DNA of 51,303 bases. It comes from a virus (taxonomy: Duplodnaviria > Caudoviricetes). Of this stretch, positions 7,196 through 14,640 are shown one piece after another; the first letter of the stretch is position 1; every line of letters begins with the position of its first letter. The stretch spans positions 1 to 51,303 of IMG/VR virus record IMGVR_UViG_3300038406_000089. The stretch is one strand, 5' to 3'. The notes below the pieces were generated by a model. The model was not told the origin of the DNA and did no database searches. It saw only the letters and a program-made list of their open reading frames with translations. A program made the position numbers and the translations under genes.

Positions 7196-7535
7196 TGCAA
7201 CCTCCATGCCTGCCCCGGTCCAAGCGAGAATGGACTGCCCCGGTCCCGCCGAATCCAGACCCCGGCCTGCATGCAAAGCACGTGCCATGCGGCGACTGGC
7301 ACGCACCTTGCATGCGGCGCGCGCTTGGCACGGAGCTTGCTTGTGCTTCGTGTCCACTTCGCTGTCTCGGAATAGCACGCGCTAAACTACTCCAGTAGCA
7401 CGGCTTGTGCCAACCTGTTCCACCCTAGAACACGCCTATGTTTCGAGACGGAGCATACGCCAGCGTCCACGATTGCGGACAATCGGCGTTTTCCTTAGTG
7501 TTTTCGTGTCCTAACGGTATGGCATGACGTGTGCT
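7196..7535. promoter_or_regulatory. Divergent cluster of six sigma-54 (-24/-12) motifs
   Basis: Minus: AGGCATGGAGGTTGCA 7196-7211, TGGCACGTGCTTTGCA 7272-7287, TGGCACAAGCCGTGCT 7397-7412. Plus: TGGCACGCACCTTGCA 7297-7312, TGGCACGGAGCTTGCT 7326-7341, TGGCATGACGTGTGCT 7520-7535. All keep GG-N10-GC spacing. Confidence 0.8.
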
Positions 7536-7595
7536 CTATACGGTGGCGTGAGCCGATGGCGTGAGCCGACAAGCTCAAAGCACACGGAGGATGTC

Positions 7596-8090
7596 ATGCA
7601 ATCATGGCAGGGAAAGCCTGCCAGCGTCTTTTACTGGCCTGAACTCGGCCAATGGTTCGGCCGCGATGCGAACGGTTCGCACGTGGCGATTACTGAAAGG
7701 GAGGCGATAGAGCGTATGGCAGAGACAACTAGCGCACGTTGTTACGAGCACAGGGACAGAGACACGCTGCCGTCACTCTGTCACACGTGCCAGCGTATCG
7801 CAGTCGAGCGAGACATCGTTACGCGCGCTATCGATGCGCTCGTTTTGGCAGGCTATCAGGTTCGCGAGTCTGAAGACGGAGCATTTACGGATACCCGTTC
7901 CGTCTTGCTCAATCTGCTGTTTGACCTTGATGACGCGTTCGTTATCGCCAATCACAAGGAATCCGGTAAATCTGGCTGGGTTCGCTTCGTGTTCGGCAAT
8001 GACGGATACGACGTTATCAGCGACTACACTATCAGTCTTGAGTCTGTGCTAGCGCCAGTCAACGCTTACGCCGATACGCTGGCAGTCTAG
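7596..8090 (+). CDS. First early-region protein
   Basis: GGAGG RBS before ATG 7596; C-terminal GWVRFVFGNDGYDVISDY motif. Confidence 0.75.
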   Translation: MQSWQGKPASVFYWPELGQWFGRDANGSHVAITEREAIERMAETTSARCYEHRDRDTLPSLCHTCQRIAVERDIVTRAIDALVLAGYQVRESEDGAFTDTRSVLLNLLFDLDDAFVIANHKESGKSGWVRFVFGNDGYDVISDYTISLESVLAPVNAYADTLAV

Positions 8091-8102
8091 GAGCGCAAGC
8101 AC

Positions 8103-8297
8103 ATGAGCAAGTTTGACTACCGTGACCCTGGAACGGACGCGCGATACTGCAATGGCCTATCTCCGTATCCTGCCGCACCTGATGATGCCGAGTGCTGTGC
8201 ATGGTGCGGGGACATCCTTCCAGACGACAAGCACTATCCGTATTGCTGTTCACTGTGCGGCATTCATGCTGAGCAAGACTCAGCGGAAGGGAAGTAG
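8103..8297 (+). CDS. Early zinc-finger protein
   Basis: CAWC...YCCSLC; AGGAG RBS. Confidence 0.6.
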   Translation: MSKFDYRDPGTDARYCNGLSPYPAAPDDAECCAWCGDILPDDKHYPYCCSLCGIHAEQDSAEGK

Positions 8298-8299
8298 AC

Positions 8300-8506
8300 A
8301 TGACTGAGCTTATCGTAATCGCGCATGCTGTCGTTTTCTTGCTTGTCCTGTTCGCTGTGACTGCTGGTATCGTGGCACTCGCGAGCAGGGCGTATCGTCG
8401 GAGCGTTCGACCGTCCACGCATCGCCACTATACGCCGTATGGTGGCGCAAGGGAGATTGCACGCCGTAAGCGACAGCTAGAACGCGGTATCGTTCGGTGT
8501 AACTAA
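8300..8506 (+). CDS. Early single-TM protein with basic tail
   Basis: Long hydrophobic N-terminus; GAREIARRKRQL. Confidence 0.6.
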   Translation: MTELIVIAHAVVFLLVLFAVTAGIVALASRAYRRSVRPSTHRHYTPYGGAREIARRKRQLERGIVRCN

Positions 8507-8535
8507 ACTCGTCACACAGAAAGGGAGATTGCATC

Positions 8536-8772
8536 ATGCCTCGTATCGCTCGCAAACGTAACGCTGTTCTCGATTACCTCCGCAAGTGGAAAAGCGACAC
8601 GGATAGCAATATTGCGCTGTCGCTCGACATGCCTGCTCCGTCCGTCCGTCGATGCATTCAGGAACTCATTCACGAAGGACACAACGTCACTTTCGCTAGC
8701 GCGACTGGCCTGTATACGCTCACGTTCACTCAGGCGCCCGAGACTTCGGCGCCTAGCACGGAGGTTGTCTAA
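8536..8772 (+). CDS. Winged helix-turn-helix protein
   Basis: NAVLDYL...IALSLDMPAPSVRRCIQELIHEGH...GLYTL. Confidence 0.7.
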   Translation: MPRIARKRNAVLDYLRKWKSDTDSNIALSLDMPAPSVRRCIQELIHEGHNVTFASATGLYTLTFTQAPETSAPSTEVV

Positions 8773-8773
8773 C

Positions 8774-9127
8774 ATGGCAAAGGACCAAGCAATCACGCGC
8801 AATCTTGCGGACGCACAGACAGCGCACGCATACCGCAAGCTCGCTGCAGAGCGACAGGGCGATAGCGTCCTGTATACGCTCTACACCGAAGATTACCCGA
8901 ACCTTATCGAGCTTGTGTCTCGATACTTTCCGGGCGCTACGCTCTACTACGCGATTGGTTGGTGGCAGGGTGGCATAGAGTCTTCGCGCGTAATCGAGAT
9001 TGTCGGCAAGCATGACGACTTGCAGCGCATCGTCCACCTTGCTGGCGATATCCGCCACGTGAACAATCAATCGTCTGTGCTCGTCACGTGGGCGCCCGTC
9101 AATTCGCTGCTCGTATCGGAGCCTTAA
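8774..9127 (+). CDS. Early hypothetical protein (ferredoxin/PII-like pattern)
   Basis: GGAGG RBS; YFPGATLY...GWWQG..E.S.VIEI...NNQSSVLV. Confidence 0.65.
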   Translation: MAKDQAITRNLADAQTAHAYRKLAAERQGDSVLYTLYTEDYPNLIELVSRYFPGATLYYAIGWWQGGIESSRVIEIVGKHDDLQRIVHLAGDIRHVNNQSSVLVTWAPVNSLLVSEP

Positions 9128-9129
9128 CC

Positions 9130-9276
9130 ATGTCGCGCGCATTGTCCGCAGTGTGGGCACTCATCAAGCATAGGCTGTTCTGTCGCCATGAATACATCAG
9201 GCGATACGAGCGACATTGCATCTATCTGGAGTGCTTGCACTGTGGACGCGAAACGGAAGGATGGTTGATAGACTGA
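9130..9276 (+). CDS. Small Cys/His protein
   Basis: FCRHEY...CLHCGRET. Confidence 0.5.
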   Translation: MSRALSAVWALIKHRLFCRHEYIRRYERHCIYLECLHCGRETEGWLID

Positions 9277-9887
9277 TGCCGCGATGCCAATTCGACAAGC
9301 GCAAGGATGAACTCTGCGAGAACTTGCGCATGCTTTGGAACACTCGCGAGCTTGCAGATAACACGGATGGCGCCGCATGGTATCCGAAAGCGCAAGCTAT
9401 CGTTAGCGAGTGGGCGCAATCGTTCGGCATCCAACGTGAGACGGTTGCTTGTGTGGTTGCTGCACTGTCGCCACAAATCGACTGGGAACGCAATCTCATC
9501 ATCGCAGACGATATCTTGCATGGCTTACCGCCTAGTATCCGAGGATTGCAATCAAACGTCACGAAAGCGCAGCGTATCCTTGCTGATGGCGCTACCGATA
9601 CGCTGCTCTACTTCCCGCAAGGCCCCAAGGTGGCATCGTTCGCGCGCAACCTATGGGGCGATATGTCATTCGTGACGGTCGATACACACTGCATTCAGGC
9701 TGCTTTGAACGATGCCGCAAGCACAGTAACGCTCCGATGGACGCCGTATACCGTGTTCGCAGAATGCTACGCGACCGTCGCGCGTGAGCTTGACTTGCAG
9801 CCTGCTACGTTTCAGTCAATCATCTGGCACACGTGGAAGCGCTTGTATCCTCGCATGCGCAAGCATGCGCTTAGAAAGCGATGGTAA
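9276..9887 (+). CDS. Phage protein with DNA-glycosylase (HhH)-like motifs
   Basis: WY..A, AALSPQIDWERN, GPKVASFARN, VTVDTH, FQSIIW; catalytic-like Lys and Asp. Confidence 0.65.
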   Translation: MPRCQFDKRKDELCENLRMLWNTRELADNTDGAAWYPKAQAIVSEWAQSFGIQRETVACVVAALSPQIDWERNLIIADDILHGLPPSIRGLQSNVTKAQRILADGATDTLLYFPQGPKVASFARNLWGDMSFVTVDTHCIQAALNDAASTVTLRWTPYTVFAECYATVARELDLQPATFQSIIWHTWKRLYPRMRKHALRKRW

Positions 9888-10039
9888 GCCGTGATAATGC
9901 GTCTATGGTGCGCATGGTGCGTATGGAACACGGAACACAAACACATCAACGGTAACACGTGGCAATGCCTCGCATGTGAGCGATACGGCAAAGCTAGCGA
10001 AACACTGGCATCGGCACTCTACAAAAGGAGATAACGACA

Positions 10040-10303
10040 ATGAACGTAACGCACACTGATAACCTGAAACCGCGTCCGCTTTGCGTGATTGCTGCAGAGA
10101 TTGCGCGCGATTGGAAGCAACCGTATTTCGGCGCTGTTCCGTATCTGCAGGCCATGCGCAATCTTGGCGACATCAGCGAGGATTACGACTGCGATAGCGC
10201 TGTCTCGGTTGTGCTCTACTTCTTGAGCAACGCGAACACGTGGCGTGGGGAAACCGCAAGGCGCATCAAGGCGGAACTCAAATCGATTGTGAAGGGACGG
10301 TAA
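10040..10303 (+). CDS. Conserved early phage protein
   Basis: AAGGAG RBS; RPL..IA.EI..DW..PYFGAVPYL.AM...YFLSNA.TWRGETARRIKAELK. Confidence 0.75.
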   Translation: MNVTHTDNLKPRPLCVIAAEIARDWKQPYFGAVPYLQAMRNLGDISEDYDCDSAVSVVLYFLSNANTWRGETARRIKAELKSIVKGR

Positions 10304-10307
10304 GCAC

Positions 10308-10496
10308 ATGGCAACCATTCGACTGCTCGTAACGGTTGAAACGGACGATAGCGCTATTGCTGTCACTTCGCAGCAAATCAGAGACGAGATAGCGTCTAAC
10401 CTCGAATACGACCCCGGAGAATACGGCATCGTCTCGTCCGAGGTTGCTATCTGCGATGATTACCGTGGACGCATCGTAGGGAGTCACGAACGATGA
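10308..10496 (+). CDS. Small acidic early protein
   Basis: 62-aa Asp/Glu-rich ORF in a tiled operon. Confidence 0.55.
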   Translation: MATIRLLVTVETDDSAIAVTSQQIRDEIASNLEYDPGEYGIVSSEVAICDDYRGRIVGSHER

Positions 10497-10693
10497 GCGA
10501 CACATACCGCATCGTCCGACACTACTTCAACGGGCCTCCGTATCGACGCACAATCGAGACTGGCCTATCGTTGGAACAAGCACAAGCTCACTGCCAGAAC
10601 AAGGACATATCGTCAAGCACCGGCACATCAGCGAGCGCACGCAAGCGAACGCGTGAACGTGGTCCGTGGTTTGACGGATACGAACAGGAGTAG
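10493..10693 (+). CDS. Early hypothetical protein
   Basis: YRIVRHYF...TGLSLEQAQAHC...WFDGY. Confidence 0.65.
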   Translation: MSDTYRIVRHYFNGPPYRRTIETGLSLEQAQAHCQNKDISSSTGTSASARKRTRERGPWFDGYEQE

Positions 10694-10695
10694 TA

Positions 10696-10905
10696 ATGCC
10701 TGAGAAAACCGAACAGGAGTATCGACGCGATTGCAAGTGCAACGATTGCGAGGATACGCGCAAAGTGCTCACCCTGCTGGACGATATCGCTACTTCAGAT
10801 TGTGCAATGGGCATGTATGACGTTGATTGTCTGTGCGAAGCTCGCGAAGTGCTCGCACGCGTCATCGGCGCCAACTACAACGAAGGGACAAACCGCTATG
10901 ACTAA
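10696..10905 (+). CDS. Early hypothetical protein
   Basis: AGGAG RBS; Cys-containing and acidic. Confidence 0.5.
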   Translation: MPEKTEQEYRRDCKCNDCEDTRKVLTLLDDIATSDCAMGMYDVDCLCEAREVLARVIGANYNEGTNRYD

Positions 10906-11131
10906 GCCACATTTCGACCATGCAGCCTCAATGGTGCGCGCTATCCTCGCAGGCGAATGGACGAACGAGTTACCCGATTGGGCGCAATCGGTTGTCGCAT
11001 ACGGATACGATACGTATCCGCGTGTGCGTGCAGTGCAGACAGCAGAGGCATTCTTGCTGCTGTTCACGGCATTCAATCCACGTTTCAAACGTGATAGGTT
11101 TCTCAAAGCCTGCGGTTTGATTGGAGAGTGA
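10898..11131 (+). CDS. Early hypothetical protein
   Basis: MTKPHFD..A...NPRFKRDRFLKACG motif. Confidence 0.65.
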   Translation: MTKPHFDHAASMVRAILAGEWTNELPDWAQSVVAYGYDTYPRVRAVQTAEAFLLLFTAFNPRFKRDRFLKACGLIGE

Positions 11132-11134
11132 AGC

Positions 11135-11320
11135 ATGTCCCCAGACTTCGACTTGTGCGGTAACATCATGGCCTACGAATCTGGCGAGCTTGATGAAGTG
11201 GAGATAATCGAGCTTTTCCAGCACCTTGTCGATACTGGCCTAGTGTGGAGCCTGCAAGGTCATTACGGACGCATGGCCGAGCGGTTGATTGATTCGGGCC
11301 TCGTGATTGCGAAAGGATAG
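11135..11320 (+). CDS. Small acidic early protein
   Basis: [38 protein letters not shown]. Confidence 0.7.
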   Translation: MSPDFDLCGNIMAYESGELDEVEIIELFQHLVDTGLVWSLQGHYGRMAERLIDSGLVIAKG

Positions 11321-11324
11321 GCCA

Positions 11325-11504
11325 ATGAAACTAACCGATGATGAGCTTGCTTTGTGCAGCGAAGCGCTGAGGATTGCTAGCGCTTACCTGCTCGAACAGG
11401 CGGAATGGTTCGAGCGCACACTACCAAGGGCGAACGCTCCCGAGGTATTCCGCAAGTATGCCGAACAGATGCGCGATGTTCAGAAGCGCATTGAAGCGAG
11501 GTAA
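11325..11504 (+). CDS. Early helical protein
   Basis: AAGGA RBS; MKLTDDELAL... Confidence 0.55.
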   Translation: MKLTDDELALCSEALRIASAYLLEQAEWFERTLPRANAPEVFRKYAEQMRDVQKRIEAR

Positions 11505-11510
11505 GCACAT

Positions 11511-11717
11511 ATGAAAGTCTGCTCAAAGCATCCGAAGTATCGCGGCCTTTCGAAACCGCGTAGCACGTGCGAGCGTTGTTGGCAAATCTGGTTCGGTATC
11601 TGCGATTACTGCGTCAACAGCGGTTGCAGCGTGCTTGATACAGATTGCGACCTATGCTGCAGCGACACACCATACGATGAGGAGAATTGCGAAGTTGTTG
11701 TTCGCCGCAAGCGCTAG
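11511..11717 (+). CDS. Cys-rich early protein
   Basis: CSKHPKY.G...PRSTCERCWQIW plus further Cys pairs. Confidence 0.6.
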   Translation: MKVCSKHPKYRGLSKPRSTCERCWQIWFGICDYCVNSGCSVLDTDCDLCCSDTPYDEENCEVVVRRKR

Positions 11718-11730
11718 CCCGCCTGCACTC

Positions 11731-11773
11731 GGGACTATACTCTAGCAAGCTCTAGTAACTAGAGTATAGTCCC
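11731..11773. repeat. 15-bp perfect inverted repeat closing the early operon
   Basis: GGGACTATACTCTAG (11731-11745) / CTAGAGTATAGTCCC (11759-11773); no U-tract. Confidence 0.8.
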
Positions 11774-12161
11774 TCAATTCCCATTAGTAATGTATGTAGC
11801 GTTCGATTGTGTGTTGCTTTGGTGTGTCGATTAGGCGTGTTGACGTTCATCGCGCGTAACAATCATCAACAACACTCAGCACTCCATGTTACGGTGCATG
11901 CCTGCTCGCTATGTGCGATGCATCCATACTGCGCCGCGAGCATGAGCGCAGCATGCGGCATGCGCATCATTCGCGCCCCGATGCGCGCAGCTACTTACTG
12001 AGTTCTTGATATCAGTAAGTACATGCGTGATGCTAAGTACTTTGCGATGCAAAGCGCAGCCGGACCAGGTACGGGGGTGGACCCCCTCGCGAGGTAGTGC
12101 CGCCCCTGGGGCCGAAGGGTGGCTGCGCGAAAATTTTATAGCGGAGGGGTCTATTGCGGGT

Positions 12162-12236
12162 TGGGTGGGCGCCGGGACTCGAACCCTGATCGCTCGGTTC
12201 ACAGCCGAGTGCTCTGCCAGTTGAGCTAGCGCCCAC
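12162..12236 (-). tRNA. tRNA-His (GUG)
   Basis: G-1/TGGGCGC...GCGCCCA/C73-CCA; D arm GCTC/GAGC; anticodon arm CTCGG-CTGTGAA-CCGAG; TTCGAGT loop; irregular T-stem. Confidence 0.88.
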
Positions 12237-12503
12237 ATGAGTCACTGACGCCGCGATCTGCGGTCAGCCCAGTCGATGAGGAGCTGAAGCGCGATCATGG
12301 CGAAGATCGTGATGGCGATGGATGTAGCGGTCATCAGAGCACTCGATACAGCAGATCAACAGGACCGAACTGTGCCATGTAGCGGTTGAGCCAGTCGAGA
12401 AGGCTCATGCTGTTGTCAACGACGATGGTGTCCACCGAGCGCATGTCTCGGCACTGGATGATGTACTTTTCTGATCGCATCAGTATGCCTCTGTATTCTG
12501 TGG

Positions 12504-12580
12504 TGGTTGGGGAGGCAGGAATCGAACCTGCTCGATACCTCGGGTCCAGACCGAGTGACTCACCTTTTGTCCACTCCCCA
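12504..12580 (-). tRNA. tRNA with Gln-like body; anticodon ambiguous (CUG out of register, or UGG)
   Basis: TGGGGAG/CTCCCCA acceptor, A73, CCA; GAC/GTC D-stem; CTCGG-TCTGGAC-CCGAG; GCAGG-TTCGATT-CCTGC. Confidence 0.85.
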
Positions 12581-12585
12581 TCCCG

Positions 12586-12819
12586 CTAGTACAGCCTCTT
12601 CCCTTCCTTGACCATCCGCAGCGCCGCACGTAGCTTCGACGTGCCGCGCGCTTTGTTGTGCATGCGAGTGTGCTCGCCGCGCTCCATCACGCGGCGGTTC
12701 GTCTTCGAGTTGTCGGCCTTGTCTTCGTTCACGTGATCCACGACTTCGCTGGTCTTGAGCTTGCGCCCAAGCTCTACCTCAGTTAACGAGCGGTGATGAT
12801 CGGATTTTCTGTCCCGCAT
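12586..12819 (-). CDS. HNH endonuclease-like protein
   Basis: HR...E..LGRKL...EVVDHVNEDKADN...N..VM...EH.RMH. Confidence 0.75.
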   Translation of the reverse strand: MRDRKSDHHRSLTEVELGRKLKTSEVVDHVNEDKADNSKTNRRVMERGEHTRMHNKARGTSKLRAALRMVKEGKRLY

Positions 12820-12951
12820 TGGTAATCTCCGTAATCACGCCAAGTAGCGATGGGTAGCGAACTATCAGTGGAACTCCGCAGTAGAGCCTACCATCTCCGT
12901 AATCCAGTCCATGCTCACCTTCGCTCATGGGAAGGTGGCAAAGCTGGCAGA

Positions 12952-13230
12952 CTACCTGGATAGCTCTGAAGCTGCACTCGTCGGACTTTCGATCTCGTGG
13001 CATGATATGTAATACCTCCGAATGGTGTATGCTTCGTGCATTGTGGCAGCGACGATGACGGCTTCACGCAACTCAGTCGGCGTGTAGTTGGCGGCGTCGA
13101 GCTGGCACCGCAGTGAGTCAACGAGATGTCTGAACATGACATCTCTTTGGTAACGCTCCGCAGGCGGAAGATGCGCATACGTCGGTATCGTATCTGGGTC
13201 GAAGTTGCATTGCGAAGGTGATCCTATCAT
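12952..13230 (-). CDS. Hypothetical protein
   Basis: ERYQRDVMFRHLVD...YTPTELREA..VA; GGGAG RBS. Confidence 0.6.
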   Translation of the reverse strand: MIGSPSQCNFDPDTIPTYAHLPPAERYQRDVMFRHLVDSLRCQLDAANYTPTELREAVIVAATMHEAYTIRRYYISCHEIESPTSAASELSR

Positions 13231-13493
13231 ACGCTCTCCCTCTCTGTGGCGTTGGGGCGCCTCGCTGCGCTCGGCGCCCTATTCATCTCAAGCTCGAACT
13301 CGGGTACGACAGCGTGCCAAATCTCTCGAATCGGCGCACCGATGTAGTCCATCTCAAATAGCTTGTGTCGTGGCAGGTGCTCGTAGTACCACGCGCTCGG
13401 CGTGTCTACGACGAGCCCCTTGTCGAGCACCTGTGTCGGGTGCAGGATCTTGTTGCACTGGAGACACCTGTACGCAACGATGTGGCGGCTCAT
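13227..13493 (-). CDS. Hypothetical protein
   Basis: AGGAGG RBS; YRCLQC. Confidence 0.5.
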   Translation of the reverse strand: MSRHIVAYRCLQCNKILHPTQVLDKGLVVDTPSAWYYEHLPRHKLFEMDYIGAPIREIWHAVVPEFELEMNRAPSAARRPNATERESV

Positions 13494-13637
13494 TGTCCCT
13501 CCTGAAGCCATTCAGCGATGCTCGTCATGTAGTCGTAGTATCGGAGCTTGGCTGCACACTGCCGGCATACGTACGCCGTGTGCGTGCCACCTAGCCATTG
13601 TAGCAAGTCGAAGGTACCCTTGCACTCACAACAGCGC

Positions 13638-13838
13638 TTACGCTTGAACATGGTCTTGATCCTCGACAGAGATACCACCCGCCACCTTGCAGCGATCACA
13701 GCCCCAGACATTGTGTGGCGTGAATCGAGTCTCGGCACCCAGTAGCTTGCCGTAGTGATAGAGCATCGCTGTGTTGCCAATGAAGTCGAATACCTTGACA
13801 GTCCACGACACCGGCTGCTTGCAGAGTGTGCAGTTCAT
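13638..13838 (-). CDS. Small Cys4 protein, first gene of the tRNA operon
   Basis: MNCTLCK...CDRCK. Confidence 0.45.
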   Translation of the reverse strand: MNCTLCKQPVSWTVKVFDFIGNTAMLYHYGKLLGAETRFTPHNVWGCDRCKVAGGISVEDQDHVQA

Positions 13839-13850
13839 GCCCTTTATCCC

Positions 13851-13929
13851 TGCAAACACCGTGCCATCTGTGCTAATATGGAATGCGGGAGGCAGATGGT
13901 GTCCACTCGTCGCAGCAAGAAGCGTGCCA
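13851..13929 (-). promoter_or_regulatory. Two sigma-54 motifs (minus) bracketing a plus-strand extended -10
   Basis: TGGCACGGTGTTTGCA 13851-13866 and TGGCACGCTTCTTGCT 13914-13929 on the minus strand; TGCTAATAT on plus at 13871-13879. Confidence 0.7.
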
Positions 13930-14636
13930 AGAAGCCGGGTCGCCCTCGAAACCTGGGGCCACTCTCTCCCAAGCCCGTCGCTGAGGCACCGAACTCCCCG
14001 GCATCCCTCCCTCTGCCGGGTCGAGGCGATGAGACGCCATCTGCCCCCACTACCGCTCTGGAGCTGTCTACGCCGTGCCCGCGTTGCGGTGCCAAGCACA
14101 GTGCTGCTGCAACCGAATGCGGCCTATGCGGTCTGAACTTGCAGCAGTCGGTCGTCCCTGAGAAGAAGCCGCACTGGTGGCGCCCGGCTGACTCGGAGAT
14201 CCGCAAGAAGGCGATCAAGATCGTCCTCATGCGCTCGTCGGGCATGGAAGACGCGGAGATCGCTGCTGCTCTCGGAATCGGACTCAGGACTGTCTCCAAT
14301 TACGTACAGGTCGCGGGCAAGAACGGCTGGCTCGAATCCGATCTCGTCGCTGACCCGAAGGAGAGACTCGAATACGACCTGATGCACAAGGTCGTGCGCA
14401 ACATGGCAGAGTCGCTTGACAGCTACAATCCGGTGACGCGCCATGAAGCGGCGATGGAGATCGCGAAGGGTACGCTCTTCAAGAAGTTCGCAGAGGCCGG
14501 ACCCGCAGTTCAGAACACCAACGTCCTGAAGATCCAGATCATCCAGGCGCCCGGCCCGCCGATTCAGATTCGCGAGGAGACGACTGGCGGCATGCCAGCA
14601 TACGTCGAAGGTGAAGTCGTCGGGGAGAGCAAGTAA
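13896..14636 (+). CDS. Probable terminase small subunit (zinc ribbon + HTH)
   Basis: GGGAGG RBS at ATG 13896; CPRC...CGLC; GMEDAEIAAALGIGLRTVSNY HTH; immediately upstream of the large subunit. Confidence 0.65.
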   Translation: MVSTRRSKKRAKKPGRPRNLGPLSPKPVAEAPNSPASLPLPGRGDETPSAPTTALELSTPCPRCGAKHSAAATECGLCGLNLQQSVVPEKKPHWWRPADSEIRKKAIKIVLMRSSGMEDAEIAAALGIGLRTVSNYVQVAGKNGWLESDLVADPKERLEYDLMHKVVRNMAESLDSYNPVTRHEAAMEIAKGTLFKKFAEAGPAVQNTNVLKIQIIQAPGPPIQIREETTGGMPAYVEGEVVGESK

Positions 14637-14640
14637 CTGC

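Noticed and set aside
7187-7398. Short ORFs across the divergent control region
   Set aside because: No RBS, and the region is occupied by sigma-54 motifs and short repeats (CTGCCCCGGTCC twice), so it is more plausibly non-coding.
9960-9975. Additional sigma-54 site TGGCAATGCCTCGCA
   Set aside because: GG-to-GC spacing is one base short of the strict requirement.
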